Below, one piece after another: positions 60,604 to 60,880 of a stretch of DNA of 60,880 nt. Below the pieces are notes generated by a model that worked only from the letters and a program-made list of their open reading frames with translations, did not search any database and was not told where the DNA came from. How positions within the stretch are numbered: the stretch's first letter is position 1; every line of letters begins with the position of its first letter. The DNA is taken from the IMG/VR virus record IMGVR_UViG_3300020392_000016, positions 1-60,880 of that record; one strand, given 5' to 3'. The translations under genes were made by a program, and so were the position numbers. Source of the DNA: a virus. Its lineage: Duplodnaviria > Caudoviricetes.

Positions 60604-60764
60604 AAATAAATGGTTTTTTCTGTGTTAAAAAGTTTATGGTTGTGATTTTTAAGCATTAGTTCTTCAAGGTAGATTTTTAGCTCAATGCGATTTGGATGTG
60701 GAAAATAAGATTGAGATTTGTTAATGCAAGAGTAAATTGATTTGAGTTTTTGTAAATCTGACAT
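60594..60764 (-). CDS. Small hypothetical protein (56 aa, MSDLQKLKSIYSCINKSQSYFPHPNRIELK...)
   Basis: Hand-translated; lies exactly between repeat copies 6 and 5, with its stop inside copy 5. Confidence 0.55.
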   Translation of the reverse strand: MSDLQKLKSIYSCINKSQSYFPHPNRIELKIYLEELMLKNHNHKLFNTEKTIYFTK

Positions 60765-60775
60765 AAGTTTGGTTT

Positions 60776-60841
60776 TTTAATTACTTCAGCAATATACGAA
60801 AATTATCTGACATAAAAAAATCTAGAGGCAATTATTTTGCA
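60776..60841 (-). repeat. About 65-bp intergenic repeat, copy 6
   Basis: Reverse complement reads TGCAAAATAATTGCCTCTAGATTTTTTTATGTCAGATAATTTTCGTATATTGCTGAAGTAATTAAA. Confidence 0.8.
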
Positions 60842-60880
60842 AAAAATGCCACTTTTTTGTATCTGGATAAAACTCGTGCG

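Noticed and set aside
24516-60841. 65-bp repeats as IS ends, MITEs or attC sites
   Set aside because: No terminal inverted repeats, target duplications, attC-like palindrome, transposase or integrase visible in the window

Overview
AT-rich, gene-dense, almost entirely plus-strand segment of a large (probably jumbo, myovirus-like) bacteriophage, standard genetic code. The host is most likely Bacteroidota (Flavobacteria-like bS21 and HAD protein, BACON-like adhesins, few Shine-Dalgarno sites); this is inference. 1-21.5 kb: virion fibre/decoration locus (SIDSLE coiled coil, Gly-Ser-Ser protein, two Gly-X-Lys/Thr-rich collagens, S74 chaperones) interleaved with four glycosyltransferases, a prolyl-hydroxylase-like 2OG oxygenase, and a fusion of a COLGALT-like GT25 domain with a PLOD-like lysyl hydroxylase domain. 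Together these form a candidate animal-like collagen maturation system in a phage, the top finding. 21.5-36.5 kb: accessory and host-takeover genes (Hsp20, DnaJ, bS21, PhoH, GNA1-like, RNase HII, Rmt2-like methyltransferase, PvuII-like nuclease, UvsE). 36.5-46.4 kb: putative internal-head polyproteins and BACON adhesins, one with a C-terminal Hint domain. 46.5-51.8 kb: DNA metabolism. 51.9-60 kb: baseplate/tail genes. Three recurring promoter-like motifs, a sigma54-like site, a candidate structured RNA and several small ORFs missing from the track were read directly from the DNA. All family assignments come from remembered motifs, not database searches.
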